Below are positions 17,175 to 23,091 of a stretch of DNA of 39,497 nucleotides, one piece after another. The translations under genes and the position numbers were made by a program. The DNA comes from Bacteroidales bacterium UBA1458 (GTDB lineage: Bacteria > Bacteroidota > Bacteroidia > Bacteroidales > VadinHA17): the NCBI GenBank assembly GCA_002325785.1, contig DCSU01000174.1, positions 9,514 to 49,010 on the forward strand, written 5' to 3'. A model generated the notes under the pieces. The model had not been told where the DNA came from. It ran no database searches and worked only from the letters and a program-made list of their open reading frames with translations. How positions within the stretch are numbered: position 1 is the first letter of the stretch; each line of letters begins with the position of its first letter.

Positions 17175-18413
17175 ATGAAAAGAGCAGCTGTAATAATTGC
17201 AAGTCTGATTTTGCTCGGGCCACAGCTTGTGGCACAGGATGATGGTCAGAACTGGGGGATAAAACTATCAGGTTATGTTAAGACTGATATTTTTTACGAT
17301 ACCAGGCAGTCATCTGCCTCCAACGGCTTGCGTGAAGGACACTTTTATCTGTTTCCCGATGACGTCTTGTATGATGAGGAGATGAATGACCTGAATGCCA
17401 ACCCATCTTTTCATATTCTTAACATACAGACAAGGGTGAGAGGTGACATCACTGGTCCTGATGCCTTTGGTGCAAAGACCTCGGGAGCAATTGAGGCTGA
17501 GTTTTTTGGCACTGGTGAGAGTGATCTCAACGGGTTCAGGCTTCGTCATGCATATGTAAAGATGGACTGGACCAGGGTGACCCTGATTGCAGGTCAATAC
17601 TGGCATCCGATGTTTCCGGCAGAAAATTTTCCGGGTACCATTAGCTTCAATACCGGTGCTCCTTTTCTTCCTTTCAGTCGTAATCCGCAGGTCAGGTTTG
17701 TTTACTCACCGGGCAAGTTCAGCGTAACCATGGTTGCATATTCACAGCGCGACTTTTCATCGGGGGGACCCGATGGCAACAGCAGCAAATACATCCGAAA
17801 CAGCGGAATACCGGGATTACATTTTCAGGTAAAGGCACCCGCAGGTGAGAATCTGACAGCCTGGGGAGGTATAGATTTTAAGGTTATCAGGCCTGAGATC
17901 AGGACAACAGCGAACATTGAAACTGATGCCACCGTGAGCAGTATGGCCGCTTTTGCCACTCTTAAACTTAAAACAAAGCCGTTAAACTTTTCTGTAATGG
18001 GCGTTTATGGTGAGAATGCAAGTGATATGATGATGATCGGAGGATATGCGGTTTCTGGCATTACAGACCCGGTTGACCAGATCAGGGAGTGGACCACAAT
18101 GAATAACGCCGGATTTTGGATTGATCTGAGCACCAACGGCAAGAAGGCTGTTTTTGGTCTCTTCAGCGGCTACAGCAAAAACCTTGGTTCAAGGGAGTTG
18201 GTTGAGGGGTCTGTTTACGCCAGGGGCAGCAACATTGATCATCTATTCAGAGTATCTCCGAGGTTATCCGTAACGGAGGGTAAACTGAGTATTGCAGCAG
18301 AGATAGAAACGACCCTGGCTGCTTACGGCACAATGCAGTCTGACGGCAGGGTGACGGATACCCATGATGTTACCAATGTGCGTATGCTGCTCAGTATGAT
18401 CTATCGCTTTTAA
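17175..18413 (+). CDS. outer-membrane beta-barrel protein (putative porin)
   Basis: Signal peptide (IIASLILLGPQLVAQ), alternating amphipathic beta-strand pattern, a LRHAYVKMDW...AGQYWHP porin-like segment, and a C-terminal aromatic residue (..MIYRF). Confidence 0.7.
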   Translation: MKRAAVIIASLILLGPQLVAQDDGQNWGIKLSGYVKTDIFYDTRQSSASNGLREGHFYLFPDDVLYDEEMNDLNANPSFHILNIQTRVRGDITGPDAFGAKTSGAIEAEFFGTGESDLNGFRLRHAYVKMDWTRVTLIAGQYWHPMFPAENFPGTISFNTGAPFLPFSRNPQVRFVYSPGKFSVTMVAYSQRDFSSGGPDGNSSKYIRNSGIPGLHFQVKAPAGENLTAWGGIDFKVIRPEIRTTANIETDATVSSMAAFATLKLKTKPLNFSVMGVYGENASDMMMIGGYAVSGITDPVDQIREWTTMNNAGFWIDLSTNGKKAVFGLFSGYSKNLGSRELVEGSVYARGSNIDHLFRVSPRLSVTEGKLSIAAEIETTLAAYGTMQSDGRVTDTHDVTNVRMLLSMIYRF

Positions 18414-21268
18414 ATTGTTACGGTGTGAAAATCATTGCCAGCCTTCAGCATCAGATTATTTATTTCTTCAATCGCACCTGCGGCAAGTAATTGCATATCG
18501 GCGTATCTTACCTTAAAATCGACCCTGTTATCCGGCTCCCTGCCGGTGCTTATGCATGATGCCTGATGCGAGAGGCGTATAAATGCAAGGTCTTTCCATG
18601 CCCTCAGGGCATTGCGGAGCAGCTGGTGGCTGATATGTTTTCCTGAATGCAATTCAAGGATTCTGTCTACTGTTGACAATCCGTCAAGCCCGTGTTTCAG
18701 GGCATAGAGGCGGATAACCCCTGTTAGCGCCATGAGGATTCTCTTGATATCCGTCGTCTCCTCTGTGAGGGCCGCCCGGGAGGGATTGAATTGTTTCAAT
18801 GCCATCGACATATGGTAGAAGAAGATGTCACTTGTCCGGAGGCTGGTTTTTACATATTCTCTAAGCTCATTGCAGAGTGAGTCATCTCCGTAACATGGTC
18901 TGAAGTCGAAGAAAATGCTTATATCCAGGATCTCCGAGGGGCCAGGGATTCTTATCCAGTCTGAAAAATAGCCCTTCCATTTATCAAGAGGCTGGCACCA
19001 TTTCGGATTCCCGGCCATGTTATTACCCTTGCAGAGACGAAAGCCGATCTGGTCAAGCAGTTCATTTACTTTCTTCCCGAGTGCCAGGAAATAATCTTCT
19101 GCCGCTTGCAGCTTCTCTCCTGCAAGGTTTTCAAAAATGATGGCGTTATCCTGGTCTGTCAGAAAGCTTTGCTCTCTTCGTCCCGCACTGCCTGTCTGGA
19201 TGAATGAAAAACGGCAAGGAGGCGCTCCGGCATCCTCTATGCATAAATCGATAACCCTCTTGCATACTGCATCGGCGACTGAGGAGATGTGAAGGGAGAT
19301 CGCATATGGGTCTGAATGGCCGGCAATCATTGACAGTGAGGCCTTATGGCTGTTCTGCCATATCTTTTTAAGGCTGTTAACCGAGCTGGCCGCAGCAATA
19401 TCATTTAAGATCAACTCATGGGTCATTGCGGAGGCATGGGCTAACTCATCATTGGTAATAACACCTGCAAGCCTGTTTTCTGACGACATAACGAGGAGGC
19501 ATCCGGAACTGTTCCTGATCCTGTCTATAGCTACAGTGATCTTTGCATCTTCTCTGACAAAGGATGGTGGCGCATGCATGAATCTGAAGATCTCAGCGGT
19601 GGCCGAATCTCCTTCCGCCATTCCGAATCCGATACTGCCTGCATCGGCCACACCCATTGGTTCCCCGGTACTGTTCAGAACAACCATCACCCTGGTATTA
19701 TTCTCTTTCATCAATGCAACTGCCCTTGAGATAGTTGTATTTTCAGGGCATGTAACCGGGGGCTTCATAATTGCTGACACCGGTGCATCCTGTATATACG
19801 GAGCACCATAGGTCTCATATCCGGCTGCAGGAATGCCAGAGGCAGAGAGCGGAGCCGAAAGCAGCTCAATACTTCCGTCACACCATATTTCACCGGTTCC
19901 GGAGTCAATAACCAATATCGTTAATAATACCGCTATCTCATTACCGTCTTTTCTCCTGAGAATAACATTCTGGTTGTCAAGGCCATTCATTGTTTCAATC
20001 ATTTGATAGACGTATTCATATTGATGAGGATCAGCAAACATTGCTTCGAAGTGATGCAGTTGCAATTCCTGGATGTTTGAATAGCCCAGCAAGTTTAAGA
20101 CCGGAGCAGTGGCGTGAATGAATCTTGGTTTTATACCATAGGTTAAACGGAAAAAACCTGTTCCCGTATTCTCAAGGAGCGATATAGGGAGGTTTATTCC
20201 GGATGTTGACGATAAGCTTCTGGCGGGACGGATAACGATTAGTACTGCATGATTGTCGCCCAGAGTGATCCGTGACAGATCGGCATGACATGCTATCTGT
20301 TTTCCGGTTCTTGTTTTCAGCATGCACTCGACAAATCGTCTGGCTGACAGTTCCTCATATAATTTCACCGGATCATATGGATCACTAATATTCTGTGAGC
20401 TCAGTATATCTGGCAAAGGCCGGTTCAGGATCTCTTCCTCGCTAAGTTCAATCCACGAAAGCAATGTCTTATTTGCCTGAATTCCCTGCCCTGACCATAT
20501 TATGACTCCCTCTGATGCTGCCTCTGCCAGTGTCCTGTAGAGCTCTCTCGATTTACGGAGTTCCTCTTCAGCCCTGCTTCTCTTCTGTTCTATTTTATGG
20601 CTTTGGCCTGATATGGCAAGCAGGAGACCAAAAATAAACAGGCCGAAAATTCCGGAAATTGCAAGTGTTCTGATCTCCATCCTGCGTATCTCCGTCCTGA
20701 CATCCTCCACATATATCCCTGTTCCTACGACCCATTCCCAGGGCTCAAACAGTCTTACATAGGACAATTTCGGAACTATACGGGTAGAATCATCATTCCA
20801 TTGCCACATATACTCAACATAACTCTCACCGTCATCAGCCACGGCTTTCACAAATTCGACAAAAATTGCCTTACCCTTTGAATCATAAAAGCAGGAGAGA
20901 TCCTGTCCGTTGAGGTCAGGTCTGTATGGATGGGTTATCATCACCGGAACCTTGTCTGTAATCCAGAAATAATCCTTAAGGTCATGCCCGTACCTGATGG
21001 TTGTGACAGCTGCCCCGGCCTGTTTCTGAGCCTCGGGTTTTTCAAGGTCACCGTTTTGCTCCAGCGTGTGGTAGTACTCAAGAAGGCTGTAGACTGATGC
21101 AGTCATTTCATGGATCAGGTTCCTCTTGCGGTCCATCATGACCTTTTCAAAGGCCGGTATCAGGTAGAGGAATATCATTCCCGCAAAAAGTATAATGGCC
21201 AGCAGGGCAGGCAGGTCAATCTTCAGCAGAAACAGCTTTTTTTTACCTTTTGGAGCTCGCTCTTTCAT
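18410..21268 (-). CDS. membrane sensor protein: TM - Cache - TM - PAS - PAS - CBS pair - DUF294 nucleotidyltransferase - DUF294_C
   Basis: TM helices at aa 19-40 and 201-220 flank a Cache-like domain (DYFWITDKVPVMITHPYRPDLNGQDL ... KLSYVRLFEPWEWVVGTGIYVED). PAS-like segments at aa ~240-470. Two CBS repeats at aa ~497-612. NTase motif FIQTGSAGRREQSFLTDQDNAIIF (G-S ... D-x-D, nt 19148-19192). Helical C-terminal region typical of DUF294_C. Confidence 0.85.
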   Translation of the reverse strand: MKERAPKGKKKLFLLKIDLPALLAIILFAGMIFLYLIPAFEKVMMDRKRNLIHEMTASVYSLLEYYHTLEQNGDLEKPEAQKQAGAAVTTIRYGHDLKDYFWITDKVPVMITHPYRPDLNGQDLSCFYDSKGKAIFVEFVKAVADDGESYVEYMWQWNDDSTRIVPKLSYVRLFEPWEWVVGTGIYVEDVRTEIRRMEIRTLAISGIFGLFIFGLLLAISGQSHKIEQKRSRAEEELRKSRELYRTLAEAASEGVIIWSGQGIQANKTLLSWIELSEEEILNRPLPDILSSQNISDPYDPVKLYEELSARRFVECMLKTRTGKQIACHADLSRITLGDNHAVLIVIRPARSLSSTSGINLPISLLENTGTGFFRLTYGIKPRFIHATAPVLNLLGYSNIQELQLHHFEAMFADPHQYEYVYQMIETMNGLDNQNVILRRKDGNEIAVLLTILVIDSGTGEIWCDGSIELLSAPLSASGIPAAGYETYGAPYIQDAPVSAIMKPPVTCPENTTISRAVALMKENNTRVMVVLNSTGEPMGVADAGSIGFGMAEGDSATAEIFRFMHAPPSFVREDAKITVAIDRIRNSSGCLLVMSSENRLAGVITNDELAHASAMTHELILNDIAAASSVNSLKKIWQNSHKASLSMIAGHSDPYAISLHISSVADAVCKRVIDLCIEDAGAPPCRFSFIQTGSAGRREQSFLTDQDNAIIFENLAGEKLQAAEDYFLALGKKVNELLDQIGFRLCKGNNMAGNPKWCQPLDKWKGYFSDWIRIPGPSEILDISIFFDFRPCYGDDSLCNELREYVKTSLRTSDIFFYHMSMALKQFNPSRAALTEETTDIKRILMALTGVIRLYALKHGLDGLSTVDRILELHSGKHISHQLLRNALRAWKDLAFIRLSHQASCISTGREPDNRVDFKVRYADMQLLAAGAIEEINNLMLKAGNDFHTVTI

Positions 21269-21273
21269 AATAT

Positions 21274-21279
21274 CCTCCT
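21274..21279 (-). promoter_or_regulatory. Shine-Dalgarno-like AGGAGG 5 nt upstream of the sensor-NTase ATG
   Basis: The minus strand reads ...ATT ACT TAGGAGGATATT ATG AAA GAG. The AGGAGG overlaps the TAG stop of the upstream metallophosphoesterase gene. Confidence 0.4.
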
Positions 21280-22048
21280 AAGTAATTTTTTCATGTTTCA
21301 GATATAGCATTCCTGTGTCCGTATCCAGGACAGAAAATGACGTTCTTCCGTTACCTCCCGTGAGAGGGGGCAATAAGATCATCGTCATTTCATGTCCGAG
21401 AAAGATTCTGTCGTTGGGGACAGGATGAACAGCCCGCAGGAAAGGTATTGGCCCATGGTGCGAGAAGTATGCAACCGGTTTGTGCGAATGGCCTGAAAAG
21501 GAAAACATAATTTTGTGATGGCTCATGAATTTCCACAGTTCTTTCAGGTGCCGGTGCTTCTCAATATAGAGGGTGGTTGAGCCTGTGAAGTCAGGGCAGA
21601 CATAGTGTGAAAGAAGGAGAGTTGCCTTGATCTCAGATAGAATGACATATTCGGGAATAGTATTCAGATATGATATTTCCTCCTCCCCCAGATCATTTGG
21701 GTCTTCCCCTTCAAATGACCAGACCAGGCCCTTTGAAGCGCCTCTTCTGGCTGAAGGTGCCATCTGAAACCATTGTTCCGGGTAGTTGTAGCCGTTTGAC
21801 CAGGAGGGGAGCCTGTTTGCCGCAAAAAGGTCATGATTCCCGGCAACCACCCACCTGCAGTTTGATCTTATGAGCGAAATGCATTGACTGGCGCTTTTGA
21901 TGAAGTGGTAATTATAGAACCTGCGGTCATACCCTGTTATGTCACCCAGGCAGGCAAGCTCATCACATCCACTGGCCTCTGCAAGCTTAAGGACGGCCTC
22001 AAGCATTGTTACATTTTCATGGATATCAGTTATGATTCCCAGCTTCAT
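21278..22048 (-). CDS. metallophosphoesterase (calcineurin-like phosphoesterase)
   Basis: Ordered MPE motifs: DIH (GIITDIHEN), GD (CLGDITG), GNHD (VAGNHD) and GHSH (FSGHSH). ATG MKLGII at 22048 is preferred over the GTG at 22132. Confidence 0.85.
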   Translation of the reverse strand: MKLGIITDIHENVTMLEAVLKLAEASGCDELACLGDITGYDRRFYNYHFIKSASQCISLIRSNCRWVVAGNHDLFAANRLPSWSNGYNYPEQWFQMAPSARRGASKGLVWSFEGEDPNDLGEEEISYLNTIPEYVILSEIKATLLLSHYVCPDFTGSTTLYIEKHRHLKELWKFMSHHKIMFSFSGHSHKPVAYFSHHGPIPFLRAVHPVPNDRIFLGHEMTMILLPPLTGGNGRTSFSVLDTDTGMLYLKHEKIT

Positions 22049-22203
22049 AATTTCTGTCAGTTGGGCTGCCTCAATGAGTGCCGTTATTATAGACCAAGTT
22101 ACGCAGATTTGACTGATTTGGCAGCAGTTCACCCATTAAAGTCCTGAAAATCCAGAATATTAGTATCATTGTGAAATTATTTATACCCTGATTAATATTT
22201 TCA

Positions 22204-23091
22204 ATGGATTTCGATTACTCTGACTTCTGTCACGCAGGGGCAACCTATGAGGTCAATTACTCTGCCCTTCCGACAGGGGTGGAGTTGCTGACTGTCATAT
22301 TCACACCTCCCGAACCGGCTGATGCTCCGCCGGTGATATTTGTTCCGGGACTGGCCTCCGTAATTGAGAACTTCAGGGAGACGGTAATTGAACTGACAAG
22401 ACATCATACGGTTTACTATATTGAAACGCGTGAAAAAAAGAGTGCGTTGATCAACAAGGGTCACCGGTTCACTGTAGAGGAGGTTACCTCGGACCTGGTT
22501 CACTTTGCCGGTCAGACCTTCCCTGAAGGTTCCCGGTACGTCATGGCAGGATATTCACTGGGGGCAACAGCCATTGCAGAGGCCTTTGCGTTACTAAGAA
22601 ACAAGCCTGAGAGGATCGTTCTTATTGAGCCGAATAGCTCCTTCCCGTTTCAGGGATGGTTGCTTTTTCTGGCAAGGGCAGCCGGGGTAATATACTATCC
22701 GGTGAAACCGATTCTCAAGTGGTACATGAGGCGTTTTCGAATTAATCTTGCAGAGGATTACGAGATGTATCGTATTAACTGCAGGATCCTTGATTCGGCA
22801 GAACCTGTCCGTACCGGCCGTGCAATAAGGGACCTCAGCAAATACCGTATGACCGGATGCCTTGGGGAGATATCTGTACCGGCGCTGGTTGTGGTTGCCT
22901 CAAAGGACAGGTTCCACAGCCATGACGAGGGCACGGATATTGCCAGACAGATCAGGGATGCCGGTTATATGGACCTGGTCGACAACAGGAGGACCCATAG
23001 TGCTGAGATGGGCCGCGTGATCAACGAATTTATTTCTTCTCCGGCACAAAGACCATCTCAAGCAGGTCAGCTTTGGCAAGATATTTCTTAA
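22204..23091 (+). CDS. alpha/beta hydrolase
   Basis: Nucleophile elbow GYSLGA, oxyanion-region VIFVPGL, and late Asp (ASKDRF) and His (RRTHSA) candidates for the triad. Confidence 0.8.
   Translation: MDFDYSDFCHAGATYEVNYSALPTGVELLTVIFTPPEPADAPPVIFVPGLASVIENFRETVIELTRHHTVYYIETREKKSALINKGHRFTVEEVTSDLVHFAGQTFPEGSRYVMAGYSLGATAIAEAFALLRNKPERIVLIEPNSSFPFQGWLLFLARAAGVIYYPVKPILKWYMRRFRINLAEDYEMYRINCRILDSAEPVRTGRAIRDLSKYRMTGCLGEISVPALVVVASKDRFHSHDEGTDIARQIRDAGYMDLVDNRRTHSAEMGRVINEFISSPAQRPSQAGQLWQDIS

Noticed and set aside
22049-22132. N-terminal extensions proposed by the longest-ORF track: 22132 for the metallophosphoesterase, 28960 for recO, 33434 for rdgB, 25888 for the M16 peptidase, 1054 for GH30, 38417 for truB, 37728 for uppP and 13671 for crp/fnr.
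   Set aside because: These begin at GTG or TTG codons and add residues not seen in the families. In several cases they swallow the TAnnTTTG promoter box or overlap the upstream gene. Downstream ATG (or, for truB, GTG) starts give canonical N-termini.
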